Shown here piece after piece: positions 12,294-25,502 of a stretch of DNA of 64,000 nucleotides. The stretch's first letter is position 1, and every line of letters begins with the position of its first letter. The notes under the pieces are model-generated. The model made no database searches, was not told where the DNA came from, and was given only the letters and a program-made list of their open reading frames with translations. Source of the DNA: Felis catus (lineage: Eukaryota); NCBI RefSeq assembly GCF_018350175.1, contig NC_058373.1, positions 113,462,001 through 113,526,000 on the forward strand. The letters are read 5' to 3'. The position numbers and the translations under genes are program-made.

Positions 12294-13128
12294 CTATGGT
12301 GACAGGAGACACATAGTATAGCCTCACGAGGGGCTTCAGGAGGGACTAGGGCTGGGTGACTGAGAAATCATGATAAGATGGCAATGGAAAAGGTGAAAGA
12401 AATGATATGGAGAGAGAAGAAATCCAAAATACCCTCTGATCAGTTACAAGACAAGATAGGGTGGTCTGGTGCCCTGTACAGACTAACTGCTGCTCCGTGG
12501 AACTGGACAAAGTCCAGTCCCTGCATCAGTAAATATTTAGGAAGCACCATGTGCCACTGATAACAACAGAGCTCAAGAGAGACATGAACCCTGCCCTCAC
12601 AGACTTCATAGGCGAGAGGAGAGATGAATAATGAACAAACACACAAAATATCTAGCGACTGGGCCTATGAAGGCAATGAAGGCAGGGTGCAGCATTTACT
12701 TTGGATGTTGTGTTGTAAGCAGAGGGAGTGTAATGGGTAAGTAAGTATAAAAACTGAGAGGAGGGAAGGGCTTGGTGTGCAAAGGAGCCCCCAGGAGGCC
12801 AATGTGGCTATCACTCAGCAAGGGAGAAGGGAGGAGTGTGCGAGGAAGATGGAGATGGGCCAGGCCAACACCTTGAGGACCTCTTCTGCCTGCCTACTGG
12901 AAGGCATTTGGCATGTAGTCTCATCCCAGTACTTCCCTCACTCTCTTCTATGAGCTCCTCTGTAGGCTTTGCGTGCTTGTACTGCACACTGTCACTCAGG
13001 AATGATCCCCTTTAGATGAGTGGTTCTCTTTCAAGGGTTTAGGAATGGACAAGAGCAGCTTCATCGCCAACAGACACTCCTTTCTAGCCGTTCTGCCCAC
13101 CCTCATGGTTCCCTGAGCCATGGTCTAC

Positions 13129-13328
13129 CTGGACACATCAGCTGCAGTCATCTTCTTTTGGAAGAAGGTGGTTTTCTTCCTTCTGGTGCTGCGAGAGGTG
13201 TCTTGGAGGTAGATCTTCAGGTGGTCCTTGGCCTTAAGCAACCACGAGAGTTTCTCTCCCAGTTCTGTGTAAGTCTTTGCTTTGTGACTGAAGAACCGGA
13301 TACAGGTCATGGCGGCCCGGACTTGGTC
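13129..13328 (-). CDS. ZFYVE26: ZFYVE26 exon 37 (200 nt): DQVRAAMTCIRFFSHKAK...AADVS
   Basis: tag/gtagac boundaries. Confidence 0.93.
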
Positions 13329-14016
13329 CTATAAGAGGGAAATGAATATTCAGACCAAGTGAGATCAGGGATATAGGAAGGTGGGGCTGTTAGGAAAATT
13401 CTGACTTGATTCCCATCCATAAAGCCTAGTCGCCAGCATGGGTTGAACAACTATTTTGTATCAGTTACTCCTAAGCCCAAGGGATTCTAAAGTGAACTGA
13501 CTGGCTGAGCTCCTGGGAAGGACTTTATTCCACCACAGAAGAGATCTTCAAAAAGGATACTTTTGCTTTTCCATTCAGCTTGGCTTTGGTCTCACTTTGG
13601 CTTTGAATGGTTCAATTTCTCTGTGATTTAGTGTTTGCAACCCTGGGACAGATTGGGAGAACCTTGTTACCTCTCCCTTCATGCACCTTCTCTAAAAACA
13701 CTTATTTATTATTCCTTATGAATTCTGCATTCATGCCTCATGTGTGTTTCGAAATTGCCACAGACCTCTTTTTTACCTTCACATTCCTTGAACTCTAAAG
13801 AATGCCATTACTGACAAGGTTACGATTTGTCTCTTTGGGATGAGAATGGAAATCCCAACATTATTCAACAATGCTAGAGAGCAACATGGATTTGCTCTAG
13901 GGTTGGTCAAATAGTGAAGTCAGGGACCAGATGACAGTCTTGTTCCCTCATCTTGCACAGTCTCTCCATTGGCAGGTTGTCATCAACAGATGTAGAGGGC
14001 AGGAAGGGGCTATTAC

Positions 14017-14214
14017 CTTCATAAACTGCTGTAGCTCATATAGAATGTGGTAGTAGTTCTTCTTCTGTAAATGTTGGCAGGCAGCTATCAAGTACTTTCC
14101 CCAGCTCTCTAAGGTTGGATCAATGGATTCTAGCAAGTTTTCCAAAGTGTGTAGCTTCCCACTTTTATAGCTTGGCTGGAAAATGCCTTCTATGAAGACT
14201 TCTGGAGGACTCTC
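14017..14214 (-). CDS. ZFYVE26: ZFYVE26 exon 36 (198 nt): ESPPEVFIEGIFQPSYKSG...LQQFMK
   Basis: cag/gtaata boundaries. Confidence 0.94.
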
Positions 14215-14389
14215 CTGCAGCAGGGCAAGGCAAAAAGTCAAGTATTGAGCCTGGTTCTGGCACTCTCTGGGATCCACTCTGGATTTCCTTCCACTCACAC
14301 ACCTTCAGCTTCCTTCTACAGTGGTGCTTCTTAACATTTTACGAGTCACAGATTCCTTTGAGAACCCCACTCTGATGACTGCTCCCCTT

Positions 14390-15795
14390 CTCTCCTTTCC
14401 TGAACAGAAAGCTCCCTGACAAAGTCATCTACGCTCTCAGTCTCCAATTTCTCTCCTGTGATTGTCTCTTCAACCCATTCTTATCAAGCTTTTGCACCCA
14501 CCACCTCACTAAAACTGCCCCCAAGGTCACCAATGGTCTCTAAATTGTTAAATCTAAAATTCTGTGCCCTTGTTTTCCACCTATCAGGTGGATAGCTGAT
14601 GGCTTTTGATATAGCTGATGGCTTCCTCCTCCTTTTCTTTTTTTGGCCAGATTTTCTTTATTTGGCTTCTAGGACATTACCCTTTCCAGGTTTTGTTTCT
14701 ACTTCTCTGGCTACTTCTTCTCAATCTCCTTTGCTGATTCCTCTTAATTTCCTCAGGGCTTAGGAGGAAGCTATTCTCTTTTCTTTCTATACTCACTCTT
14801 TTGGTGATTTCATACAGTCTCATGGCTTTAAAACTATTTGGTGATTGTGCCTAGATCCCTATTTCCATCCTGTTCATTCCTCCTGAACTCCAGAAGTGTA
14901 TGTCTAAAATATCCAATTGCCTACTCAAAATGTCTTCTCAGGTATCTAGTAGACTTAATACATCTAGAACTTCACTCCTGGTTGTTTCTTCCAAATCTCT
15001 TCTTTCTGTAGTTTTCCCTTTCTCCGATGGCAGTTTTATTCTTCTAGATGTTCAGATTAAAATTCAGTCAGATCTTCTCTCCCCTCCCCAGTACAAAATT
15101 CACTAGCAAATTCTATTGAATCTACCATCAAAATACATACAGAATCTGCCTCTATCTGACCACCCTGGCCAAGGCATCATTATCACTTGCCTGGATTATT
15201 GAAATAGCTTCCTCCCTGGTCTATCACTTTCTGCTCCTGCCTCTTTTTTGTCTAATGCCAACCAATCAACCTGAATGGTTTTGTTAAAACATAAGTGACA
15301 TCATGTTACTCCTCTGCTCAAAATCTTCCAGTGGTCTTCCTCACTCAGGACAAAGCCCAAACCCTCACAATGTCCACAAGGCCATATATGGTCCCTGTAT
15401 GACTGGGCCCTTGTTGCCTTTCTGACCTTATCTGCTCCTATGCTTTCCCCAGCTCACTCTGCTCGAGCCACCCTGGCCCTTGCATTTGCTACTCACTCTG
15501 CCTAGACTACGCTTTCTCCATAATCTGCACGGCTCACTCCCCACCTCCTTCGGGCCTTTACTGAGTGTCACCCTCCCTGGGCATCCTTTCTAAAACTGCC
15601 CCACCCATCCCTGCCCCTGCCCTGCTTTATTTTTCTTTTTACTCATCACCTATACTACAGATTTTATTTACCTTGTTTATTGTCCGTCTCACTGCTATAA
15701 TGTAAGTTTTATGAGGGCAGATATTTTTGTCTGTTTTTTTCCCACAATGCCCAGAATAGTCCTTGGCTATTTAACAAATATTTCTTGGATGAAAG
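14390..15795 (+). mobile_element. L2 fragment, ~1.4 kb
   Basis: Pyrimidine-rich L2-like body (caaggtcaccaatg..., cctgaactccag..., ttgcctggattatt) ending aaatatttcttggatgaa. Confidence 0.7.
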
Positions 15796-16229
15796 AGTAA
15801 AAGATAAACATTATGGATCAACTCCTCAGGAAAGTGCACACATATACTAATCCCTTCCCTTCTGAAGCTCATCTGTGGTTCAGAGACCCTGTGTCATAAA
15901 TCCGCATTCTATAGTCATAGAAAAAAAATCATCTGGGCATTTAGACTTTAAACTGTGAATAACTAATGGAGAGTAAAGAATGGCAATAAACTCACAGTAG
16001 TATAACCATGTTGGCCTTGCAGCACTGGGTACAAGCTGTTTAGAACTGGAAGAGTTCTGAGCTTTGAGGACATCCACAGTGGGTGAGGACTTCTTTTCTG
16101 ATTCTGGCTGTTCCTAACTGAGAAACCCAGACCTAATTTAAAAGTTTTAGGACGGACTTTAAAAAGCAGGAGGATCAGCTCCATAGGAATGGGAATTTCT
16201 CAGAAGAGCAATACCTTAAGAGCTTCTAT

Positions 16230-16830
16230 TTAATCTATTCATCTACTCATTCATTCATAACTGGCACTAGGCCAGGCATCTGAAGACACAGAGAGGTAAA
16301 ACCTAAGCTTCCATGATCCAGAAGGGATGACACAGTTGTAAAGAAGCAGCTGCAATGCGGTGGGATCAACACAGTAACAGAGCTGTACTCTAGATACAGT
16401 GGTGGTGTGTAGGAAGTGGGGACTGACGTTGCTTGTGTGTTCTATGGAGGCTCAACAGAGAGGGTCTGATAGGATAAACAGGAGTCTTCCAAGAAAACAA
16501 AGAGGCGCAGGGTATTCTATTCTAGGTAGGGGGTACAGCACATGCAGATTCACAGAGGTAAGAAAGTGTAAGGTAAATAATTTCATAAGCCTGGAATGTA
16601 GGGCATATCTAGAACTTGTGAAAACAAACTGGAGAAATCAGGGGGCCTGATCTGGGTGGGTCCTGTATGTGTGCCAAGGAATGTGGACTTCATCTTATGG
16701 CCACAGGGATCTCCTGAGGGCCTTTCAGAGAGGCGAATAACATGAACTATGAATAACATAAATAGCATGTATTCCGATTTAGAAAGCTCACTCTTGGGCA
16801 GTGTGGCAGGTAAAGGGGTGAAAAGGGCAG
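16230..16830 (-). mobile_element. L2 fragment
   Basis: (cattc)n start, ggcactaggccaggc, and gaaagctcactcttggcag motifs. Confidence 0.55.
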
Positions 16831-18126
16831 GGAACGAGACCAGCAACAGAACACCTTCCAGCTCTAGCCAGTCAGCTGTAGTTTTCACAATGTGTTTTTC
16901 TGTTGTTCCCTATCTGCTTGAGAATTAAGATATTTTGGTTCAAGGGTAAATATGATTATAGGACATAAAAAGAAGGCTCTTTCCTAGCTCTGACAAATGT
17001 AAAGCAGGGTAATGCTGTTGTCAGCTTATACCAAGATAAGTAAGTAAGCAGATTAACTCTCTGAACTAGTCAACAGAAGAAACAGAACTGGTTGATTTCC
17101 ACTCTCAATTTGTGTTTAGGAAAAGTAGCTTTATCTCAAAACTCATTTGGAAACTGAGGAAAAGGAAAAATTTAGCAATTAAACCCTAAATAAAATAATT
17201 CTTAATTTATTCCTGAAACCTGGTTAGTAGCTAAGAAATAGTAGCTAAGGCAGTAGTGAAAACATTTCCCTTTCACTGTCCTGTAGTGAAAGGGGTATGG
17301 TCACCATGACTGTGAACAGTAGACTTCACCTGGAGCAACCCTAGAAGATGTGTCCATTTGTAAACTTTCTCTGGCTGCCATTTTGAATTAGGGTGGCAGA
17401 TTGAAACTGAAGTATTGAACTCCTATATTTTCCTATGAAATTTGGTCCAAATCAGCCAAGTCCTCCGAAAATATTCTTGGAACATTCTTGTAAAAAAGTG
17501 AATACCAAAGGGTCAGGGGAAACAGTTCTGACTTTGCTTAACAATGGCTCCAAAGAAATAATGCACTTCGGTGGTGCCCTCACCTCTTGTGGGAGGAGGA
17601 CAGAGGATGTCAGAGGGAAAAAAGGAGAGCACACTCTCCTCCCATTAGATATTTGGGGCCCAAATATAGGATCATGGGTGTTTCCTGGCCCTTGTAACAA
17701 CTCTGACTAGACCAGCAGCTGAGTTAGCAGTGGGACATAGTCCCACGGCAGGTGGGAGGTGTGTGGAAACAGAGAGGTAGACAAGTTTGATCAAGGTCAC
17801 ACCACTTATACCAACTATCTCATTCTAGAGACCATGCTGTCAACTACTATTTGATTCTGCTGTATGTTTTGGGAGAAGGAATGAAATTTGTCATTGCCAA
17901 TCACAGGGGTAATCCAGGATCCAGGTTAAGACTTGTTGCACATGTATCAAATCATAATCTAAATGGATAGAACTTTCCATTTTTACCTGACTCTGCCAGA
18001 GATGATCTTATAGCTCAGCACTGGGTTAAGTTTCAGGTGGGTTATCACTCCCCTTAAAACTGAGTGGGCCAACCCAGGTGGGCAGAGTGGGCACTGCTCT
18101 TTGAGAGCTGGGTCTGTGAGTCCCAC

Positions 18127-18345
18127 CTTGTTGAGGAGGTGGAGTAACGCTTCCCGTAGGCAGCTGTGCCTCATGTAGAAGCTGATGATGGCCAGGTTGG
18201 TGCTATAGTTATGCAGGTAGAAGAGGCATTCTTGGTAGTAGGTGTTGTTCATGATTTTCCCTTCAGGAATCACCTCCAGAGAGAGGCTCTGGGTCCGAAG
18301 GGTAGTTTCCAGTTCTTTCAAGGTAGCAAAATAATCATCATCTTG
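18127..18345 (-). CDS. ZFYVE26: ZFYVE26 exon 35 (219 nt): QDDDYFATLKELE...LHLLNK
   Basis: cag/gtggga boundaries. Confidence 0.93.
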
Positions 18346-18824
18346 CTGACAGGAAAGGAGAGTGCAAAAGAAAAATAAAACTCAGTAAATTCTCAGCAGC
18401 CTCTGAAAATATTGCTTTCAAAGAGCATTTAGTAATGTGGAAACAACCTTACAATACAGTTTTACAATTCTCCATCATACTATAACACTGTGTTTATAAC
18501 ACCAATTTCATTCAAAAACATAACACAGAAAATTCACCAAAATCTAGATATTACTTAAGTCTGGGTAAGGGATTATGTATAATTTTTATCATTTAAAAAA
18601 TACTTTTCTGTAGTTTGCTTTTTTTTAAATGGACTTTGTATTACTTATCTAACCATATAGAGTTACTTACCCAATTATGTAAAATGGAAAGAATAAAATC
18701 TAAATCTGGCAGCTCTGAGCCGGGACTGCCACTATAAGCTGAGTGGACACTGATTCTTTCCCCAGGTCATTACTGCTCCTGAGCTTTCCTCCCTGAACCG
18801 ACTCTCCATCTGCTGTCTTCTTAC

Positions 18825-19034
18825 CAAGGACAGGAGTGGCCTCACTGTGGACTCCAGGTACTCAACCACATCTTGTACCAGTCTTGAGCCATGACTCAGC
18901 TGATTGAGGTCAAAAGGGGGCTTCAGACAGCGACTGAACTTCTCCCGTGCAGCAGTGAGGTTCCCGGCTTTGAGGCAGGCCATGCCCCAAGCATGCCACG
19001 CTCCAGTGGGATCAAGGCCAGTCTTTGTGGAGAT
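18825..19034 (-). CDS. ZFYVE26: ZFYVE26 exon 34 (210 nt): ISTKTGLDPTGAWHAWGMACLKAG...RPLLSL
   Basis: cag/gtaaga boundaries. Confidence 0.93.
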
Positions 19035-19291
19035 CTGGAGGAAAAACTGCTCCTTTTAGTGAGAGGCACCTAAATCCAGTGAAAGTCCCAAAGACCAATT
19101 CTTTCCCATTGTTGCCAATCATCTTCCTTCCCCATCATCCCACCTGCCATTACTCCCAACTGGCAAACTTGTCATGCTCTAGATACTTCCCTACGGCCAA
19201 GGACAACTGAGAGATGACAATACCTGTTTGCAAGGCCAGGCAAAGGCAAGTCATTACAATTGGGTAGAGGTAAGTTTTGTCTTGGCCTCAC

Positions 19292-19439
19292 CTCAACACC
19301 CAGTTGGTAGTACTCAGCTTCCAAAAGCTGGTTCCTTAGCCTGGTTACTGCAGCCGGCTGCAAGATCTGATCCAGAGATGGCACGTGGCGATATGAAGCA
19401 GCAACTAAGATATTCAGCACATCTACCTTGCTGATGTAG
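19292..19439 (-). CDS. ZFYVE26: ZFYVE26 exon 33 (148 nt): YISKVDVLNILVAASYRHVPSLDQ...QLGVE
   Basis: tag/gtgagg boundaries. Confidence 0.93.
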
Positions 19440-19694
19440 CTACAGGGAGGAAAGAGGCAAGGCAATGAGGCTCTACCGAGTCTTACTAAGAATAGTTGCT
19501 GCTTTAATGTTTTCTATTTCAATTCCAGTGCGAAATGTGGTAATGAGAATTGAGAGGTACACAGACACTATGAGAGAAGGCTCTGGAGTCAGACTCTCTG
19601 AATCTCAACTCACTTAGCAGCTCTATGACCTTGGGCAAGTCAGTTAACTCTTCTCTACCTCAGTTTACTCATTTGTAAAATGGATATAAGATAA

Positions 19695-19903
19695 TTTTTT
19701 TTTTTAACGTTTATTTTTGGGACAGAGAGAGACAGAGCATGAACGGGGGAGGGGCAGAGAGAGAGGGAGACACAGAATCAGAAACAGGCTCCAGGCTCTG
19801 AGCCATCAGCCCAGAGCCTGACGCGGGGCTCGAACTCACGGACCGCGAGATCGTGATCTGGCTGAAGTCGGACGCTTAACCGACTGCGCCACCCAGGCAC
19901 CCC
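19695..19903 (-). mobile_element. Young felid SINEC_Fc-type element
   Basis: CpG-rich consensus gacgcggggctcgaactcacggaccgcgagatcg; TSD-like gataatttt flanks. Confidence 0.93.
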
Positions 19904-20637
19904 TGATAATTTTAAGAATAGAATGAAATAGCCCAAGTAAAAGGGCTTAGCATTGAGTCTAGAATTTTGAAGGTAATCATTAAATACCAGATATTAATAC
20001 TCAGAGTAGGGATGTTTACAACTAGGAGATTCATAAATTGCCCACTTGCTTTTTGGTTCTTTAGAACTGCGTGCTAGGGAGAAAGCACAGAGACTATCAA
20101 TGGCCTGGCCTGTATTTCTGGTCAGTACAGAAGCCACGTCACTACTTTCCTTGGAGATGCTGCTGGGAAAGGGCAACCTGGTCCTTGACTTGACATCTTC
20201 TTTCCATGCTTAGGATGACCCCGTGCTACAGCCCATTAGCACTGCCATCTTTGATCTTACTCCTGATACCTGGTGATTGTAAAAACCTTATGGTGACAGA
20301 GAGCCCAGAGAACTGGGTCATTTTGTACAGTGCTCCTGAAACAGTCCTACACTCAAAGTTCTTGAATATAATTGTATATATTATGCAATATATATTACAC
20401 TATATATATGTGTGTATATATATATATATTATGTAACATATGTTATATACAATTATATGTAATTGTTTAGAAGTCTAGAAAAAAGTTCCATGGATCCTTA
20501 CTTGTCCATCAATTTCCCTGGAAAGGGATTCAGGACATTATTCATTCTCAACTTACTGGGATTGGGGTAAGGGAGAGTACATGGTGTAAAAACAAAATTG
20601 GTATCATAATGTATTGTACATTTGTCATAACAGGTAA

Positions 20638-20884
20638 GGGGCGCCTGGATGGCTCAGTCGGTTAAGCCTCCGACTTCGGCTCAGGTCATAATCTTACAGT
20701 TCATGAGTTCGAGCCCCGTGTCGGACTCTGTGCTGACAGCGTGGATCCTACAGCCTGCTTCTGATTCTGTGTTTCCCTCTCTTTCTGCCCCTCCCCTCCT
20801 CATGCTCTGTCTCTATCTCTCAAAAATGAATAGACTTAAAAACAAAATTTAAAAAAATGTGTAAAAAAAATTAAAAAAACAAAC
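20638..20884 (+). mobile_element. CAN-SINE
   Basis: TSD taacaggtaa 20628-20637 / 20891-20900. Confidence 0.92.
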
Positions 20885-21165
20885 GTGTAGTAACAGGTAA
20901 TGTGAGTTTTGTTTTTAAATATTTATTTATTTATTTAAATGTCTCTCAGAAGGAGGTATGAGTTAAAAACAGTGGAAAAATACTGTGCAAACCAGGAGTT
21001 CTAAATACACGTGAGAGATGAAAACTGCAGGAAGGAAGAAATCATCTAGAATGGGCATGTCTGAATCTATAAACTACAAACGTATAATGTAAAGCAATTG
21101 TTGTACATTGTAAAGAGAAGCGCACAGCATCTGGGGTTGAGAATCTTACCGAAGGAAACACTTCC

Positions 21166-21255
21166 TTTTTAAAATTTCATTTTTTTATTTTAGAGAGAGA
21201 AAGAGAGCGAGCGAGTGCTTGTGTGCATGCACTTCAGCAAGGGAGGGGCAGAGGA

Positions 21256-21302
<47 letters not shown>

Positions 21303-21592
21303 CTTAAGCAGGCTCCATGCTCAGTGTGACCCTGGGATCATGACCTAAGCTGAAATCAAGAGTTGGATGCTCACCTGACTGAGTCACCCAGGTGCCCTGC
21401 TTTTTTTTTTTTTTTTTTTTTTTTAGGTTTATGCATTTTTAAAGAGAGCGAGAGAAAGAAAGCACAAGTAGGGGAGGGGTACAGAGAGGGTGAGGGAGAG
21501 AATCCCAAGCAGGCTCTGAGCTGTCAGTGTAAAGCCTGACTCAAGGCTTGATCTCAGTTGGACATTTAACTGACTGAGCCACCCTGGCGCTC
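21166..21592 (-). mobile_element. Two tandem CAN-SINEs (21166-21398, 21401-21592), the first with long (GA)n
   Basis: Two SINEC heads and two T-tails. Confidence 0.85.
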
Positions 21593-22092
21593 CTCCCAAC
21601 GCCCCCCTCTTTTTTTTAGCATCTTCTTAATTTCTGCTGTCTATAGCCTAAAGTGAATATTTCCTCCACTTATATTAGATTTTGAAAGAAGTATAGGACT
21701 TGATGTTAAATTTGTTTTTTCCCCCCAATCTGAATACTTTTTTCTTTTAATAAGACTTTACTTCATTTCCATTACTGACATTTGACGTATATTTAGATAT
21801 ATTTTTATTTTTGCCTTAACTTCTACTTTCTGCTATATGGAGTGGTTTTTGTTCTTTTCACTTCTCTATTTCTGGTAAATAGGTAGATTTTTGGTTCTTT
21901 TCATGGTATTTAAAAAACTTTACTTAACATATACTTATTTCTTCATTTATTAACTTGAAAAATGATATAGACTCTACTGTCTCTTAGTATGAAACAGTGA
22001 AATTAACTCCTTTATACTTCCTTTATACTTCCTTCCACTTTCTGTTACACCTCCTCCTGTCTTTCTCAATCTTGTTTGTTATTTGAAAAAAA

Positions 22093-22140
22093 ATTTTTTT
22101 AATGTTTTATTTACTCTTGAGAGACAGAGTGTGAGTGAGA

Positions 22141-22191
<51 letters not shown>

Positions 22192-22577
22192 TCTGAAGCA
22201 GGATCTAGGCTCTGAGCTGTCAGCACAGAGCCCGTAGCAGGGCTTGAACTCACAAACTGTGATCATGACCTGAGCCGAAGTCAGATACTTAACAAACTGA
22301 GCCACCCAGGCCCTCCTTTATAAATTTTTTTTTAAAGTTTCTTTATTGATTTTGAGAGACAGAGCACACGGCAATGTGTGCGTGCGCATGACTGCCTGTG
22401 CGGATGTACGTGAGCAAGGGAGAGGCAGAGAGAGAGGGAGAGAGAGAATCCCACACAAGCTCTGTACTGTCAGCATAGAGTTCGACAGTGGGGCTTGAAG
22501 TCACGAACCGTGAAATCATGACCTGAGCCAAAATCAAGAGTTGGATGCTTAACCAACTGAGCCACCCACATGTCCCC
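22093..22577 (-). mobile_element. Two tandem CAN-SINEs (22093-22314 with internal (CA)n; 22325-22577)
   Basis: Two SINEC heads and T-tails; (CA)n at ~22142-22188. Confidence 0.87.
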
Positions 22578-23528
22578 TGGTTTTGTTAATGAAAATAATA
22601 ACACTAGCATTTTTGGAGTACAAAGGCTCTATTCTTAGCCCTTCACTCTCATTCTATCTTCATAACTGCCCTGTAAGTATTATTAACACCCCCCATATTA
22701 TAGAAGAGGAAACTGAGACTCAGAGCAGTTAACAGACTTCTCCAAGGTTACAGAGCTAGGAAGTAGTAGAGATGAGATTCACTGCACTGGCTCTCCATCT
22801 TGGGAATTTGCAGGTGAAAACTGAGTAAGGGCCTGAGGCACTTACACTTCAAAGAAAATTATGCTCTCTGCTCCCATATCTGGCTAGGACTGAGTGTTGG
22901 GAACACACAACATGAGTCACACATCTCAGATAAGCTGGGAACTGGGAGTTTTCACTGTCAAGTTAATGAATGGAGGCAGAGCAGGTTGTATAGGGATCTG
23001 GGGCCTAGTCTTACCTTTTCTATAGATATTTCTACTTTATGATGCAGATTCCTACCTGTAACACAGGGATAGACTAGCCCCCAGTGTGCTTTATAGATCT
23101 GTTACCCAGAACTTCTGAGGCAATAGTCTGGATTTGGTCAAGACTAGGGTAGAGTTCTGGCCAAGGCTAAGCATTGGACATTTAGGGAGAGTACATTTTC
23201 TTTTAAAGCCAGACAGTTCCACAGAAACTAAAGGTGCTTCCCCAAATTGATTTTAATTACAGATTAACCAAAGCGTTTACTTTCCTTCCGATGGGGTAGT
23301 GCTACAGAACACTCTGCTTTGAGGATCCACCCAGGGAAAAAGAAGGGTAGGGAAGATCTACCCTTGTGATCTGGTAGCAGCATTTCACCAATATCAAACT
23401 GAGAAGCAAAACATTTTAGTGGGTCTTATGAGAGAGGAAGGTGAGGTGAGAACTCATAGTGGGGCCAGAAAAAGCCACCAGATAGAAATGATACCCACGT
23501 AAAAGAACAGAGACTCACTCCCATTTAC

Positions 23529-23749
23529 CTGTCACAGAGAGCGAGGTCCTGGCTCCGGCCAGCCTTGACGAACATCATCTTGGCGCTGAAAAGAAGCTGC
23601 TTCATGATGTCTGTGAGTAGCCCTGCATCCACCTCTGGGTTGGTGAGGCCCTGGGACAGCTTGCAGCAGTGCTCAATTAGCTGGTGGCCACACGCAGTGC
23701 TGTCCCGGTGCAGATTCAAGATGGCAATGCACAAGGAGGCACTGGGGGA
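23529..23749 (-). CDS. ZFYVE26: ZFYVE26 exon 32 (221 nt): SPSASLCIAILNLHRD...DLALCD
   Basis: cag/gtaaat boundaries. Confidence 0.92.
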
Positions 23750-24655
23750 CTGGCCAGGGTGGGAGAAGAGAGAAACACATAGTGAGCTTCGGGACCAAAG
23801 CATTCTTCAAAGGTAGCTGGATGGCAGGAATTATTCTTCCTATTTCGCCAGGCTTGAACTACACTGGAGGAAGGAGCCAACTTCCACAGCAAAGTAGGAA
23901 TGAAACTCAACAAATTGCAGGTGTTCTAAGTAGCATTGCTAAAGCTCTGCCTGCTAGGTTTCGTTCCCATACCGGGAATACTGTGTTCATGTGTTACCTA
24001 CTTCTTGGGGATGTCCACACATTCCCTCCATTTTCTCACTAGTGCAGATCTTCCTTATTACTGGCAAGGACTATGGAAGTCGCCTTGCTGGAGAAGTCTC
24101 TGTTTCAAGCATAGACCCATTGTTGCTGAATTAATATTCCAAAAGCACACTCCAAAACCTTGCACGGTCCCTGGTGCCTTCCAGGTACATATTCCCTACT
24201 GCAGAACTCAAGGCCTTATCCATAAATAGCTCTTTTCAATCCTGCCTTTTACTACCTCTCTGTTAACGCCCTATGTTCTTTCCAATTAAACCATTTCCAG
24301 TCCCCTAACCATGCCCTGCAATTTTTGACACTGTACCTTTGCTCAGATGTTCTAGTTTTGCACTCTTTGCCCTTCCCCTATCCTCACTCTCCTTAAAACG
24401 CCCAAATTTCTGCTCGTCACACTCCTACTACTCTTCTAAGGATCATCTTAAATGCTACTTCTTCCATGAAGCCTTTACTGATCTCTCGTTTCCAAGATGC
24501 TCTCCATTTCCTGCCTCAGTTGGTTTACTTGTCTTAGCTTCCATATTATTATGCTGTAAGTGACGGCCAGGTCGTGTTCACCTATCTCTGGCATTTGTTG
24601 CCATAATTATATGTTAGAAAAAAACTCAAATGACCATCACATTTATTGCCATCAC

Positions 24656-24792
24656 CTGCTCATAGTAGAATTCACTCCGCATCAGCTCATTTTCCTCCTC
24701 ATTCAGATCCAAAATCCATTCCACCTCAGCTGCTTTGGGGACTCTCACCACAGCTGAGTATGGAGGGCTTTCACTCTTGGAGCTGGGTGGTG
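24656..24792 (-). CDS. ZFYVE26: ZFYVE26 exon 31 (137 nt): PPSSKSESPPYSAVVRVPK...EFYYEQ
   Basis: ctcag/gtgatg boundaries. Confidence 0.92.
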
Positions 24793-25470
24793 CTGAGAAG
24801 AGAAGTGCCATCTGTGTGTCAGTAACTGACCAGCAGTGCAGGGCAGCCCCGCCAGAAAACTGGCATGAGCTACATGCAGATCCCTGCCTATCTGAGGGTC
24901 TCTGTCTCTCCTTGGTCCCCTTTATCTTCTTTAGAAGATCTTACTAGGTATCTCAAACTTTCTTCCCCAGGGAAGATCCCGGACGAGTGTTACAGTGTTT
25001 GTCATACAACCCATTGCTTCACACAAGAAACTGTGAAATGTGTATCTTTCTCAAATGGAGGGCTGAGTCATTGGCTACCCTAAAAACTAACTTCTGTGGA
25101 AGGATATAAACCAAACTATTAATAGTGATTGCATTGGGGGAAGGAGGTAGCATTCAGAGGTAAGATGGTGGTGAAGGGGAAATCCAGGAGAAAAAAAAAG
25201 AAATAACCTATTCAAAGTTAGGATCAAATTCTTTGGGTGCTGGCCTTCTGAGTGCTGGAAGCTAATGGCCAAATATGGTAGGTTAATATGATGGTAAATT
25301 TTAAGGGAAACAGCTTGATAGAAATGCCAATAATTTTCTTTATTCCTTGGCCAACAAGTTGTATTGAGTTGCCATTAAGGGTATCAGTTGCAGTTGAAAC
25401 ACTGAAGAAAGAAGAAAGAGCCAACTTGAACATATAAACAAGGAGTCACAGGAATATGATTCAACCTTAC

Positions 25471-25502
25471 CTTCTGGTTGTTCTGGATTCTCCTCTGGCA
25501 CA
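25471..25502 (-). CDS. ZFYVE26: ZFYVE26 exon 30 (32 nt): VPEENPEQPE
   Basis: ttccag/gtaagg boundaries; its phases (2 in, 1 out) are needed to link exons 29 and 31. Confidence 0.9.

Noticed and set aside
14390..16830. Inverted L2 pair as a dsRNA hairpin
   Set aside because: The copies look too old and diverged; I saw no extended complementarity by eye.
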